A DNA stretch of 64,000 nt from the NCBI GenBank assembly GCA_013239625.1, contig MU053881.1, forward strand, positions 1,488,001-1,552,000, written 5' to 3'. Shown here one piece after another: positions 12,056-25,745 of the stretch. Origin of the DNA: Lama guanicoe. Taxonomy: Eukaryota. The notes below the pieces were generated by a model. The model did no database searches. It was given only the letters and a program-made list of their open reading frames with translations, and was not told the origin of the DNA. A program made the translations under genes and the position numbers. Numbering within the stretch: position 1 is the first letter of the stretch; every line of letters begins with the position of its first letter.

Positions 12056-12169
12056 AATTCTTTATGCGTGATAAACACTCTGTGTTAGCTTTTTCCATCA
12101 TCCTGTATTGTGAGTATTTCTCCATGTCATTAAATTGTTTTGGAAAAGTCTCATTTTAAATGTTTCTTG

Positions 12170-14010
12170 AATCTTTTCTTTTAGAAAATTTCAAACATTT
12201 TAACAGCTATAGAGAGAAGAGTATGAACCCCCAGGTACCAATCAACTGGTTTCAACAACTATCAAATTGTAGTCTTGCTTCATCTAGACCTATTAACCAC
12301 CTGGATATTTGGAAGCAAATTATAGACATCACATGATTCGGGGGTTATCTCAGTATAAATATTTAAAAGTCAAAGGCATTTTTAAAAAATGTAACCAAAA
12401 TACAATTTATTATACCTCAATGTAAAAGTTAAAAGATGCTTATCATCAATTAAATCTCCAGTTGGTGTTCACGTTTCTGCGATTGTTTCATAATTTTTTA
12501 ATGGTTTGAATCAAGATCCAAATAAGGTTCATCTCCTGTGCTTGGTTGAGAAGTCCACTAAGGCTCTTTTAGTCTGTAGGGACTGCCTCCCCTTTCATTT
12601 ATTCCTTGCAATTTATTTATTGAAGGAACCGGTCATTTGTCCTGCAGAGTTTCCCACAGTCTGGATTTTGATGATTGCATTCCTGCGGTGTCATTTAATA
12701 TGTTGCTTTGCCCCTGTATTTCCTGTAAATTGATGGGTAGATCTAGAGGCTTGATGGGATTCAGGTTTGGTTTTGGGGGAGGAATACTTACGAAGGAGGG
12801 GTGTGTGCTCCCACCAGGAAGCACAGGGTGAATGCGTTTCTTCTGCGATGTGAACAGCCCTCGGTAACCGTTGCCTGGACCCATTGTTTTATTAGGGCTT
12901 TTGGAAAATGACGATTTCTAATTCTGCTATTTTTCTTTATTTATTAGCCAGAATACTTATATAAAGACAAACTGTTCAGTTGCCCTGTGATAGAATTCAC
13001 TTAAGAATAGCAAGATGTTTTATTTATTTTTTCCAGTTATTTACCGATTTTCAAAATAATGAGTTGGCTGCCAGCTTCCTCCAGAGGTGACCACTGAACT
13101 CTGTTTTCAGGACCATTACGACCTCATGCATTTAAATATTTTTGGTATATTTTAATTCATTGCAGTTATTTTTATTGATGCTTGAGGGGGCCCATCTTTG
13201 GAAAGCTCTTCAAGCTGAGTCACGAGTCCTGTTGATAATAACCCTAGTAGTGTCTGGTAGCCTCTCTCCTCTTCTCTTACTATGACTGTGTCCAGACTCA
13301 TCTTCTGCCTTCCTTGAATTAGGAAACAGAGAGAGCCCCCAGCGTGGGCACTGTGGGTGCCGCTGGTGCAGGGTCAGCCTTTCCTGTTTAGGCCTTGTCA
13401 GTGGACAGCACTAGGAAACGTTAATTTGTTTCTGAGATGAAATGTGTCCTCAGCACATGCTGCTCATTCCAATTTAAACTCAAGGCTACAGGAATTTATT
13501 TATTTACCTCTCCATCTGTCTATCTATTTGTTTACTTGCTGAGGTTAACACTGGTTTATGACATCATGTAGGTTTCCTGGGCACAGCATTGTATGTCTAC
13601 TTCTGCACACACTGCAGTGTGCTCACCACCGAGGACTTCAGTTTCCGGTGTCACCATGCAGTCGATCACTTGACGCATCTTGCCCCTCCTCCCCACCCCT
13701 ATAGTCACCACTCCTCTGTTCTCTCCATGTTTGTTTTTGTGGGGTTTGGCTTGTTCATTTATTTGGAATTGATTTGTTTGTTTATTTAATATGATCTCTT
13801 TCTTATGCTAAAAACCCTGCCTCTCAACAGCACACTCCGAATTCCCTCCCCGTGTCCTGTGACACGCACACACACACACATTCAGCGGTCTCAGAACAGC
13901 AGTGTCACACTGCCTTCAACAGTAGGATTACTAAACACATTTTTTTTTTTTAGCATTTCTTTTGGTCCTTCAGGAAAATCTTTTGATGAGGGCGTGATAG
14001 TCCATATTTG
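12170..14010 (-). mobile_element. Ancient L1 long 3'UTR (L1MC4/L1MC5-like)
   Basis: agaaaatttcaaacat, ttgaatcaagatccaaataagg, ttcccacagtctggattttgatgattgcattcc and tagatctagaggcttgat are characteristic of L1MC4/5. Confidence 0.7.
13525..13785 (-). mobile_element. Nested mid-age laurasiatherian L1 3' end
   Basis: gaggttaacactggtttatgacatcatgtaggtttc...actgcagtgtgctcaccacc...caccactcctctgttctc interrupts the older L1MC. Confidence 0.6.
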
Positions 14011-14115
14011 ATGACGTTTCTCTGCTTGTGGACATTAAGCTTGCCTTCAGATTTTTGTTATGATAAAGAAGGCCGTGATAAATACCCTTGCCTTTGTCTT
14101 TTATCTTATTATTTC

Positions 14116-14249
14116 TTTTTTTTTGGTATTTCTTGGGTAGGGGGTAATTAGGTTTATTTATTTATGTATCTTAATAGAGGCACTGGGGATTGAACCCAGG
14201 ACCTCGTGCATGCTGAACACTCACTCTACCACTGAGCTCTCCCCACCCC
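14116..14249 (-). mobile_element. Vic-1-like SINE
   Basis: ggtaattaggtttattta...ctggggattgaacccaggacctcgtgcatgct...ctctaccactgagct; approximate TSD tcttattatttct / tcttatatttct. Confidence 0.9.
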
Positions 14250-15356
14250 GCTGTCTTATATTTCTAATCAGTTCTTCAGGCCAGACTTCCAGGAGGGAAA
14301 TGAGACAGTCAGCGGCAATGGGCGTGTCTAAGCGCCCACAGGTCGTGCCCCGTGCCACAGCGCTTACAACAGCACTGTATACACAAGGATGTTCCCAGAA
14401 AGTGACTGGTTCAGTGAGATAAGAAGAAAAGTGCTACAACATGTTTTGTTTTTTTTTAATGGCTGAAAAAATTCAATAGGTAATCCACTCACATGGTTGG
14501 AAAATGTTGAGGTTTATGGCGTGTGTTGTGTGTAGTGCTGTCTGGATGCCCGGTTATCTTCCCCTCAGAACACTAGTGCTTTAGTTTTATTTATTCTCCC
14601 TCCAGAGATATTTTATACATGTAAAAGCATATATTTTTGTGTGTATCTCTTTTTCCCACTTTAGTACAAGGTGCAAACACCCAGCACATCCTGCTGTGCA
14701 CATGTTTCCTTCACTTAGCAATACACAGTGGAGACACTTCTCTATTAGGATGGAGTTTCCTCATTCATTTTTCTGGCTGTATAGTATTCCTTTGCATGGA
14801 TGTGCCTAGGTGCTTTATCCAGCCCCCCCACTAATGACCATTTAGGTGTGTCTACTTTCTTGCCTTTACCGACACTACCAGGGAGTAAATTCATGTGTCC
14901 ATCATTTCCCATATGTATAAGACATCCATCTGATCAATCTGAGGGGAAACCGTGGGTCAAGGGTACACACGTTGCTAATTTTGATGGACATTAACAAATC
15001 GCCTGTCATCAAGGTTGCACCATTTTATGCTCCTGGTTTTACCTTTGCTTCAAGGTGTTATCATTGTGCTTTGGGTCTGGGCCATTCTGGTGAGTGAAAA
15101 ATAGTATCTCAGAGAAGTTTCACTTTGCAGTGCACTTATTATGAATGAGATTGGACATCTTTTCCCTTCTGTAAATTGTTTCATTGTAGCTTTTATTTCT
15201 GTTAGATTATTGGGCTCTTTGCTACCAATTTGTAGGAGCTCTTTGTGGGTGAGGAAAACAAGCCCTTTATCCATGAAATCAGTTGAATGTATTTACAGTC
15301 TTCTGGTTTGGCTCGTGGTAGTGTTTCGGTCTGCAGACTTCCTTACTTTTCATATA

Positions 15357-16379
15357 CAGTCTTCCTCCGTTATCCCCCAGGTTCTTTTTATGTGGTTTCA
15401 GCCACCTGAGGACTATTGCCATCCAAAAATATTAAATGAAAAATTCCAGAAATAAACAACTCATAAGTTTTAAATTGTGTGGCATTCCAAATAGCAGGAT
15501 GAAACGTCACACTGTCCTGCTCCGCCCCGCCCGGGATGTGAATCATTCCTCTGTCCAGCGTGCCCCACCCGTTGGTCACTTAGTAGCCACTTCTCAGATC
15601 AAATCTTGGCATCACAGGGCTTGTGTTCAAGTAACCTTTATTTTACTTAATAATGGCTCCAAGAGAGGTGATGCTGGTAATTTATATGCACCAAAGAATA
15701 GCTGTAAAATGCTTCCTTAAAGTGAAAAGGTGAACGTTCTCGACTTAATAAGGAATGAAAAAAACATTGTATGATCGTATACTAAGGTTGCTAACATCTG
15801 CAGGTAGAATGAATCTTCTGTCCGTGAAACAGTGAAGAAGGGAAAAGAAATCTTTGATGGTTTTGCACAGGTTTTGTCCTGGTCACATCTTAGACTGCGA
15901 AAGTCATGGCCACAGTGTGTGATAAATGCCAAGTTTTAGATGCACAGGGTGGGGAGGGTGTAGCTCAAATGGTAGAGAGCATGCCTAGCATGCACAAGGT
16001 CCTGGGTTCAATCCCCAGTACCTCTTCTAAAAATAAATAAGCCTAATTACCTACCCCCCCACTAAAATGAAATCATTAAATAATACAGTAAGAAAGAAAC
16101 AAAATTTGAAAAAAGATACAAATGACCTTACCTTTGTACAAGAAGATATTTTGAGAGAGAGACCACTTGCACATAATTTTCATTACAATAATTATTATAA
16201 TTGTTCTATTTAATTATTACTGTTGTTAATCTCTTATTGTGCCTAGTTCATAAATTAAACTTGATCACAGTTATGTATGAATGGAACAAAACGTACGTAT
16301 ATACAGGACTGAGTGCTGTCCTAGGTATCAGGCATCCACTGTGGGTCTTGGACTAGACCCCCTGCAGGGGGGGGGTGTG
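15357..16379 (+). mobile_element. Tigger7/MER44 (TcMar-Tigger) DNA transposon, internally deleted
   Basis: Starts ta|cagtcttcctccgttatcc; contains aaaatattaaatgaaaaattccagaaataaacaactcataagttttaaattg; transposase N-terminal remnant PKNSCKMLP*SEKVNVLDLIRNEK; ends caggcatccactgtgggtcttgga...gggggg. Confidence 0.85.
15951..16113 (+). mobile_element. Vic-1-like SINE inserted in Tigger7
   Basis: ggggagggtgtagctcaaatggtagagagcatgcctagcatgcacaaggtcctgggttcaatcccc, cctaattacc module and A-rich tail. Confidence 0.9.
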
Positions 16380-17704
16380 CATCACACACAGTCCGTTTAC
16401 CCATCGTTCCTCTGGTGGCTGCTGGATTGGAAAGATGCTCATCACTCCAAGTCTCTAAGGCAATTTTCCCTCGGTTCCTCCTAGAGCCTTTTTCAGCCCC
16501 ATGGTTGTCTTTAAATCTTTAATCTCGTTGGAATTTATCCTGTGTGAAGTATGAGCTATGAATGCAGCTTCCTTTTCCAGATGTCGATCCAGTGTTGTTC
16601 CAACAGTGTTGAGTTGTCCCTCTTTTCCACGTTGGTTTGAGATGTCACATATCTCATAAATTCTTTACATAGTTGTGTATATTTGGGGGGACTTAATATT
16701 TATTATGTCCCATGGATCTCTTTATTCATGTGTCAATGCTTAATGACGAAGGCTTTACAATACATTTTAATATATGAAGGGACTAATCCCGCCTTGTTAC
16801 TGTTCTTTTAAAATTTGTCCGGGTTATTCTTGCATGTGGAGCTTTCCATATGAACTTTAGAAAAAGTTTGCTTAGTTCCAAGAAACATCCTGCTGGTATT
16901 CCTGTGTGTGTATGGATTGTGTTGATAAATTTACAGGTGAACACAGGAAGAATTGGCATCTTTATGATGTTGAATTTTCTACCCAAGAACATGGTGTGCT
17001 TTTTCAGTGGTTCAAGTCTTCTTTTGCATCTCTTAGAAGATTTAAGATTTTTCATGTTGGTATTGTAAAATTGTTAGTAAATTTATTTCTAGGTATCTTG
17101 TATTTTAGAATAGGATAGGATAGAATAAAATAGAATAGAATTAGGATCTTTTCCTTCATTCTATCTTAGAATTTGGTTATTGCTTTTATGTAGGAAAGCG
17201 ACTTCTTTTTATATTAACTTTCTATGTCCCCATATTACTGAATTCTTTCATTGTTTCTGATTCTATTGGGATTTCTAGGTAAACAATGAGATTAAGGGTC
17301 AAAGAATTTTGATACAAAACTCAGTGAAGGAAAATGGATAATAATTGTACTGATTTAACTAGAAAATTGGAAATTAAGTGAGCTTATGTTCCCCTTTGGG
17401 GAATTGTGTCTTGAAAATAGCAGTTCTTAAAACATAAATAGTTGTTCAGTAGATTTTAAGTTTTCCCTTTTTTCTTCTTTTTAAAAGAAAACTTTGCTTT
17501 GAATGCAATATCAGTGTAATAGAAGTTGAAAATTTAGTTCTGATAGGATTTAGCTTTAATAAAACAGAGATCTATAATTCCTTATGCTCTCTGTGCTCAG
17601 AGACTTTGATTTAAGGAATAGTATGTTCTCAAAAATAATCTGGCGGAAAGAAGAAGTACCTAACTTAGAGCGAGTACCTAGCACAGGGTAACGGGAGGAC
17701 TTGC

Positions 17705-17860
17705 CTTCAAGCCCTGGCTCTGTCACCAGTTCTTGGCAGTGTTGTCCACCTCCTTGGGCCTCAGTTTCCACATCTATGAAATAGGACTGATGGTAACTAC
17801 CTAACAGGGTTATTGTGAGGGGTCAGACGAAATCATGTAGGTTGAGATCACCTGGCACAT
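17705..17860 (+). mobile_element. MIR SINE
   Basis: gggcctcagtttccacatctatgaaatagg...acctaacagggttattgtgagg. Confidence 0.75.
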
Positions 17861-17909
17861 TTCATGGCCCATGGTTTATCTGCAACAAATAGTGGCTATT
17901 ATTAATAAT

Positions 17910-18330
17910 TTATCTGTTAGTTTAAGCCACCTTTGGGGTGTTAAGACAAAGACCAGGCTGCTACAACATGGACTTCTAAGTACGTAGTTGAGCAGGTGGA
18001 AATGCGTTTTCCTCTGGTGGAACAGTAAAAGCACTGGTATGGTGGCTCTGAGATATGGGACACCCAGGTTCCAATGTTCTGTGGCTCTACTTCTGAACAC
18101 GTGGTGTCATCCCATGGTCCCAGATGGCTGCTCCAGCTCACGCCATTGCCTCATCACTCAGCCTGCAGGAAGCCAGGAAGGGAAGGCAAGGTGCACACAC
18201 CTTCTCTCTAAGATCACACCCAGGAAGCTGCTCACATCACTTCCGCTCATGTGCCATTGGCCATAAACTAGTCACACGGCCACTCCTAGCTGCAAGGGAA
18301 AGTAAGAAATGTAGGGTTTATGCCGGTCTA
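17910..18330 (-). mobile_element. Ancient MaLR LTR (MLT1J/K-like)
   Basis: cagatggctgctccagctc...cacatcacttccgctcatgtgccattggcca...tagtcacacggccactcctagctgcaaggg. Confidence 0.7.
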
Positions 18331-19750
18331 AAATGAACCCTGAGGACAACCAGCAGTTGGAGCCATACCTGGTGTATGAAGAGGACACTTCCCACACACC
18401 AGATGTCCATGTATCTGAGCCCAGTGGTGACCCATCTTGGGGTGTGTGTGTGTGTGTGTGGCTTGGGGGGAGTTACAGGTGCAGGAGGGGCTGAGGATCT
18501 GGTATGATGTCTCATTTCACTGTAAGGCCATGGGGTATGTAATTCTCCTGCCAGATCAGCCTTATCCATTCTCTGGGGCTTGCTTTGGGAGGCTGCCCTT
18601 CCATGGGAAGCGGATCTTAAGGTGATAAGGTATAACCTGTGCTCAGCTGTCTTGATATTCGCTGAGGTGTGGCAGACACTGTTGGTAAAGAGGTCAAACC
18701 TTGATCGTTTTTGCTACCATCTCAGTGCCTGGACTGTGCCAGGCATACAGTGGGTACCCATAAATATTGACCGATGACTACTAGACTGATTCTAGTGACA
18801 GGATCATTTGGACAGAAACAATGAAGCTCGGTTTATATCACTTGCTTAACAGCAGCTGGATGTGATCACGTGCCAACGCTTTTTTTTTTTTAACCCCTGG
18901 AGTTGTGGAAGAGGGTGCTTTACATATAAATCTTATTAAGACCAGACAACAAAACCTTCCCTGCCTCTCAGGCCACTACTCTAATTAGAAAATGTAGTAA
19001 GTAAAAAGATGGGGTGGGGGAGACAGGGCATCTTTCCAGTTTGAAAGCTGCGTTTAGGCTGGAACAGTTGTGCCTTTAATTAACCTGTCTGTGTTGACTT
19101 TAATGAGCATTATTTCTCATGCCTTCATCTCAAGGGGGAAAAAAAGTGATTTTTGCATCCAAGTGTATAAAATAGCTTCATTCACTAAGCTTGAAAGACA
19201 GAGTCATCACCATTGGTTCTGTTGTGACTCTGAGCCAGGAACCTCCTGTCAGCGTCTTGACCAGAAGGTAAACGGCCAGCTGCTATCGGGGAATCTCAAG
19301 ATTCACACTGGCCTGGGTTCCCCTCTTCCCATGACCATCTCGAATGGCAGACATGTGGGAAGACAGTGCTGGATGCAGGGAGGCAGGGTCCGCCTCGGAG
19401 AGCCTGACATTTCCTCCGATAGGTTCTTACTGACATGCCGTGCTAGCTGCATCCTCACTCCTGGTGAAGGCATCGCCATCTGCTCATGTCCCCAGCCAGA
19501 AGCCTGGCTCAGTCTCTTTAACCCTGCATCCAGGGGTCCCCGCCAGGCCAGTCAGCACCCTCCCTGCCTCACTTCAGACCCTCGCATTCTCCCTCTTCTG
19601 TCACATCTTCTATTTGGCCACCGAACTTACCTCTTCTTTTTCTCTTCCATGTACATTTTTTTAAAAGAATAAAAATGATACAACCACACTTGGAAAACGG
19701 GGAAAAAAGGAAGACATAATCATGTGTAACATCCTAACAGCTATCATCTG

Positions 19751-20255
19751 TTTTTTTAAATTGAAGTATAATCAGTTACAATGTGTCAATTTCTGGTGCA
19801 CAGCACAACGTCCCAGTCATGCCTATACATACATAGATTTGTTTTCATGTTCTTTTTCATTAAAGATTATTACACGGTATTGAATACAGTTCCCTATACT
19901 ACACAGAAGAAATTTGTTTTTTATCTATTTTAATATATAGTGGTTATCATTTGCAATTCTTAAACTCCCAAATTTATCCCTTCCCAGCCCTTTTCCCCTG
20001 GTAACCGTAAGATTGTTGACTATGCTGCAAGTCTGTTTCCGTTTTGTAGATGAGTTCATTAGTGTCCTCTTTTTTCTTTTTTTCTTTTTAGATTCCACAT
20101 ATGAGTGATGGTATTTTTCTTTCTCTTTCTGGCTTACTTCACTTAGAATGACGATCTCCAGGCCCATCCATGTTGTTGCAAATGGCATTGTTTTATTCCT
20201 TTTTATCTCTGAGTAGGGATTCTATTGTATAAATATACCACAACATCTTTAGTCA
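19751..20255 (-). mobile_element. Camelid-type L1 3' end
   Basis: ORF 19925..20188 MPFATTWMGLEIVILSEVSQKEKEKY is the L1 ORF2 C-terminal region; T tail at 19751. Confidence 0.9.
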
Positions 20256-20329
20256 TCCATTTTATAACATTTCTTTCTAGTGTTTTTTAATCATAAGCAT
20301 AATTATTCTCATAATTATTGTATTTATAA

Positions 20330-21640
20330 ACAGCCTTTTATCTTTTCCAAAAAAATTTTAGCCAGCTGTTCAGATGTATCATATTTTATTTCACAATCCT
20401 CCTATTATGAAATATTATGGTTGGCTTCTAAGTTTTCACCTTGACAAATAGCATTGCAATGAACATTTTCATTTTTATGTGCATAACCTTTTTACTGTTT
20501 GGAATTACTTCTTTGGGATAGACTTAGAAGTTCAAAGGAAATGAAGCATTATAGCCTTTGTTATTGCAGAACTGATGTTCAGAAGTTGTACCAATTTGTA
20601 ATGCCTTAAGCAATGTTTGAAAAACTCGTAATATTGATGACAGCAGTGAGTATCATGGTCTTTCTAATAAATTTTTTCCTGTTGTAGTAAGGTGAAACAA
20701 TACGTGGAAAATTTTTGAATTTTGTTTTATTCTTATTGGAAAAAAGAATACATACTTGTATAAAACTAGAGAAGCTAAAAGAAAACGAAAATCAACTATA
20801 ACCTTGCCCTCAGTGAGCCATAAACACTGGTAATATTATGGTCTGTATCCTATCTGAAGTTTTAAACAAATGTGTATGTAATTTCCTTCCATTTTTTTCT
20901 TTTCTTTTGATTTCCTTTTTAAAAATTCAATAGAAATATTTTTCACATGACTTTTGTGCTATGCGAACATCTTATTAGGGCATTAAATAGTCTGCTCACA
21001 TAATTCTCCATTTTTTTGAAACATAGATCATTTTCAGTGTTCTGCTGTTCTAAGTAATATCATATAACCATGTTTATAACTAAATCTTCACACATTTTAA
21101 GACTCCTATGTAATACCCCCTGACCTTTGTCTTCTGCACTGGGTATTTGTTATAATGTTAATAAAGATACGTACTGGGAAATTTTTAGGTAAAAAACTGT
21201 CTTGTTTGGCTTGCAAGTCATGTAATTAAAGAGGTGAAAGACTTTCATGTGCTTATCGGACAGTTGTATTTCTTCTTTTATGAATTGTTTATTCTGTTAC
21301 TTTTTAAAATTTTCCATTGGCTATTTCAACTCTTTCCTATATTGCAAAATATTTTTCAGTCTTTTAGCTGACTTCTAATTTTATTCATTCTGGTTTGGAG
21401 TTGTTTTGTTTGTTTATTTGTCTTTTTTTTTTTTAATTCTAAATCTTGCCCTTCATGACAGCTATGTTTATCATCATATCTGGGAAAGGTTTTTTTTTTA
21501 GTCTTCCAAGATCACAGATATTTTCTTCTAGTACTTCTAAGGTTTTATTTTCTGCACTTAAATCTTTAAACTCTATAAACTTAATCTTGCCAGATGGTAA
21601 ATGTGGATTCGAATCTACTTTTTCTCTCCAAATAGGTAGC
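20330..21640 (-). mobile_element. Highly degraded ancient L1 fragments
   Basis: AT-rich; ORF 21439..21651 has ORF2-like residues (KDLSAENKTLEVLEENI). Confidence 0.45.
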
Positions 21641-21669
21641 AAGAAATTCACAATGTTAATGTCATAGAG

Positions 21670-22080
21670 ATGACTGGCCGGGCTACTTTAGATGTCAGTT
21701 CTTTTCAAATTAATATATACATTTTGTACAATGTCTGTCAATCTTAATGAGATATTTTGGGAATTTGACCAAATGAGTCTAAATTTTATGTAGGAAAATA
21801 AACACTTTAAGAACAGCTGGGAAAATTTTAAAAAGAAAAAGCTTAAAGAGGAGGGACTTAGGTTATCAGATAATAAAATACATATAAAGCTATAATAATG
21901 AAAATAAAAACAGCAATGTTATTAGTGTAGGAACAGACAAATCAATGAAACAATAGAAAACTTTTAACCAAATTCAAGGATATAAAATAATTTAGTACAG
22001 CATATCATTAGAGTAAAATATTTCAGATAGTGACAACAAAAAGGATTGTGAAATGAATGATTTTGTTATGAGTTACAATA
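21670..22080 (+). mobile_element. Degraded L1 ORF2 fragment
   Basis: gaatttgaccaaatgagtctaaattttatgtaggaaaaataa...tcagataataaaatacatataaagctataataat. Confidence 0.5.
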
Positions 22081-22547
22081 CTAACACATTTTGTCGTATT
22101 GCCCTATCCTTACAATTCTAGAATAAATGCTTCTGGGACACCATGTATTATTCCTTTAGTCTATGTTTAAGCTGGATTTCTGATGCTTTATTTAGGATGT
22201 TAGGTGCCTGTAGTCATAACTGACATTGGCCCACAGAGCTGTAAATAGTTTGAGTGTCAGAAGAGAATTTGTGACCTGTTGTCATCAGGTGTCCTTCTCC
22301 CTCCGCAGTTACCTTGCCGGCAGCACAGGACCATCAGACGGCCCGCGTTTCTCAGAGCCATCTGTTCTCTCCTCTGCTGCTCTTCCCCGGGCGCCCCACC
22401 TCCACTTTGGCTTCCGCTCCACACACTGTTCTTATAATGGCCGCAGTGATTTTTTTTTACATGAAACGTCTATTAAGTTTTATAATCAGTGAAAGACAGT
22501 GTAAGTTGCTTAATTAGTTGGGGTTTTTCTGGTTTGCTTTTTTATAT

Positions 22548-25070
22548 TATTGTTGAGGTAGAATACACATAACATAAAAACTACCCTTGTAACTGTTTTT
22601 AAGTAGGATTCAGTGGCATTAAGTATATTCACTGTGTTGTGCAGCCATCACTGTTATCTAGTTCCAGAACTCTTAGCACCCCAAATAGAGACGCCATGCC
22701 TTTGAGGCAATCATTTCCCATTCTGCCCTCCTACCTCCAGCCTCTGGCAACCACTAATCTGCTCTCTCCCTGTGAACCTGGCCCGCTCCGGATAATTTAT
22801 ATAAATGGAATCATACAATGTATGACCTTTTTGGGGCTGGTTTATGTGACTTAGCATACTGTTGGCAAGGCGCATCCCTGTCAGAGCCGGTGTCAGTACT
22901 TCATTCCTTTTATGGCTGAGTAATATTCCATTGTCTGGATACATCACATTTTGTTTATCTAGTCATCCATCGATGGACATTTGGTTTAATTCCACTGTTG
23001 GGCTATTGTGACTGGAGCTTCTACGAACATTTGTGTACAACTATTTCTTTGAGTATCTGTTTTCAAATGATGGACCTGTTTTCAATGGAGGAGTGGAGTT
23101 GCTGGGTCATATGGTAATTCTATATTTAGCTTGTTGAGGAACTGCCGAACTGTTTTCCAAGGCAGCTGAACCATTTTGCATTCCTACCAGCGATGTGTAA
23201 GGGTTCCAGTTGATTCCATATCCTTTCCCAACACTTGTTATTTTCCCTTTTTTTTTAAAAAAAAGTTATAGCTAGTGGTTATGAAGTGCTATCTCATTAT
23301 TTGTGTTTCACTAATGACTCATAATGTTGAGCATCTTTTCATGTGTTTGTTGACCATTTGTGTATCTTCTTTGGAAAAATGTCTATTCAAATCCTTTGCC
23401 CATCTTTTAATTGGGTTATTTTTCTTTTTGTTGTTGAGTTGTTAAAGTTTTTTTTAAAATACATTCTTCATACTACACCCGTATAAGGCATATGATTTAC
23501 AAATATTTTCTCTCATTCTGTGGGTTTCCACTCTCTTGACGGTATCCTTTGATGCACAGAAGTTCTTAATTTTGGTGAAGTCCAATTCATCTACTTTTTC
23601 CTTTGGCTGCTTGTTCTTTTAGTGTCATGTTTCAGATACCATTGCCAAATCCAAGGTCATAAAAAATTTTCGCTATATTTTCTACTAAGAAAACATAGCT
23701 AAATGTAGCTCTTAAATTTAGATCATTGATCCATTTTGAATTAATTTTTACATATAGTGCGGGATAAGGATCCAACTTCATTCCTTTGCATGTGTATATC
23801 CAGTTCTCCCACCTCCATTTGTTGAAGAGACTGTTCTTTATCAATTTAACGATCTTGGCACCCTTGTTGAAAATCAATTAACCACAGATGTATGGGTTTA
23901 TTTCTGGACTCTCAATTATCTTCCGTTGATCTGTACATCTATCCTTATGCCAGTACCTTGCTGCTTGATTACTGTAGCTTTATGATAGTTTTTGAAATTA
24001 GGAAGTGTGAGTCCTCTAAGTTTGTTCTTTGTTTTTCAAGGTCGTTTTGGCTATTTGAGGTCTTTTGCAATCCTATGTGAATTTTAAGATCTTTCTCATT
24101 TCTGCAAAAAACGTCATTGTGCTTTGGTGTTTTGATGGGGATTGTATTGAATCTGTAGATCACTTTGGAAAGTATTGTCATCTTAATAATATTAAGTTTC
24201 CAATTCATGGACACAGGGTACCTTTCCCTTTATTTTGACCTTAATTAATTTTTTAGCAATGTTTTATAGTTTTCAGTGTACAAGTCTTGCACCACTTTGG
24301 CTAAATTTATTTCTAAGCAATTTATTCTTTTTGATGCTATTGTGAATGGAATTATTTCTTTGATAACTCTGTTTGGGTTTTTCGTTGCTTGTGTATAGAA
24401 ATACAACTGATTTTCTGTGTTCATCTTATGTCCTATATATAAGATCATGTCATCTGTGAGAAGAAATAATTTTACATCTTCTTTTCCAGTTTGCTTACTT
24501 TTTATTTCTTTTTCTTGCCTAATTACTCTGGTTAGAACTGCCAGTACGGTACTGATTAGAACTGACAAACGTAGACATCTTTCTCTTCTTCCTGATCTCA
24601 AGCAGAAAGCTTTCTCCTTTCGCCACTAAGTATGATGTTAGCTGTGGGTTTTCATGTATGCCATTTATCCTGTTAAAGAAGTTCCCGTCTATTCCTAATG
24701 TAAGTGTTTTTATCATGAAAGAGTATTGGATTTTGTCAGTTTTTTTCAGCATCAATTGATATGATCATTTTTCTTTATTTTATTAATATTCTGGATTATA
24801 TTGATTTATGTGTGTTGAATCTCCCTTCCATTCTCAGTGTCAATCCAAGTTGATCATGATACACAATTCTCTCAATATGCTACTGGATTCAGTGTGCTGG
24901 TTCCGTAGAGGATTTTTGCATCTATGTTCATAAAGGCTATAGGTTTGTAGTTTTCTTTTCTCATGATGTTTCTGTCTGGCTTTGGTATCAGAATAATGCT
25001 AGTCTCATAGAGTGAAATAAGTGTTCCCTCCTCTTCTATATTTTAGAAGAATTTGAGAAGGATTGATGTT
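22548..25070 (-). mobile_element. L1MB-like element, about 2.5 kb (ORF2 RT and C-terminus plus 3'UTR), frameshifted
   Basis: Minus-strand ORFs encode ORF2 pieces: LFLLTDDMILY (the FADDM RT motif), NIIKMTILSKVIYRFNTIPIK, SLFNKWRWENW...KINSKWINDLN. Confidence 0.92.
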
Positions 25071-25071
25071 A

Positions 25072-25745
25072 CATGATCTTTTCAAATACAATCAGATCAC
25101 CATACTCTCGGGTTTAAAACCCTGTCCTGACTTCTTGTCAGAATTCCTAACGTTGCCCACTAGATTTTGAACGTGCTTGTTCCTCATTTCCTGCTCTGCC
25201 CCAGCCACACTGTCCTCCAATGCTTTCCACATCAGTTATTCTCAACTAGAGGCAAGTCTCAAAATCCTTCACTCACACAGGCTGGGAAGCTCTCCTGACC
25301 CATCAAGCTCTTTACTGCCCCAGGGCCTTTGCACATGCTCCTCTCTCTACCTTCTGTATCTCTTCTTATTCCATGTCACCTAGTTAAGTGTAACTCATCT
25401 TTTAGGGAGACTTACCTAAATCACCAACCTGTGTGTAGTAGTTTAGGTTTCCTCTGGTTATTCTCTTTCATAGTTCTTTGAACTTTCTTTGTAGCAGTGA
25501 CTTCTATTATAACTAGTTATTGCTGGGGAGTGCAGCTGGCTGGTGCTGGGCTCTTGGGGGAGGGGTGGGGTGTTGTAACTAATTATCAGTATGACTTTTG
25601 GTTCATGCCTGTTTTCCCCAGGGACTTTTGGTACCATGATGTTAGATGCCATGTCTGTCTTTAGTTCACTACTGAAAACTCAGTGCCTGGCCACGTGTCC
25701 TTCACATGGTAGACACTTGATCAATATTTACCCAAAGTGTGAAGG
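25072..25745 (+). mobile_element. L2 LINE 3' region
   Basis: tgatcttttcaaatacaatcagatcacc, cagggcctttgcacatgct, tagttcactactgaaaactcagtgcctgg...aatatttac. Confidence 0.7.

Larger units (their letters stand above)
14450..17290 (-). mobile_element. Degraded L1ME-like element (3'UTR and ORF2), split by Tigger7
   Basis: ORF 16783..17055 gives ORF2-like residues (GRKFNIIKMPILP...LFLKFIWK); L1-like sequence lies on both sides of 15357-16379. Confidence 0.65.

Noticed and set aside
19070..19672. 200-aa ORF
   Set aside because: GTG start, no domain or exon structure recognised; compatible with chance.
22309..22500. 192-nt open exon candidate (ctccgcag|...|gtaagt)
   Set aside because: Sequence resembles decayed L2 that continues at 25072 and the peptide is unrecognisable; not supportable as CDS without transcript data.
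22548..25070. Active reverse transcriptase gene
   Set aside because: L1 ORF2 is fragmented by stops and frameshifts and is 5'-truncated.
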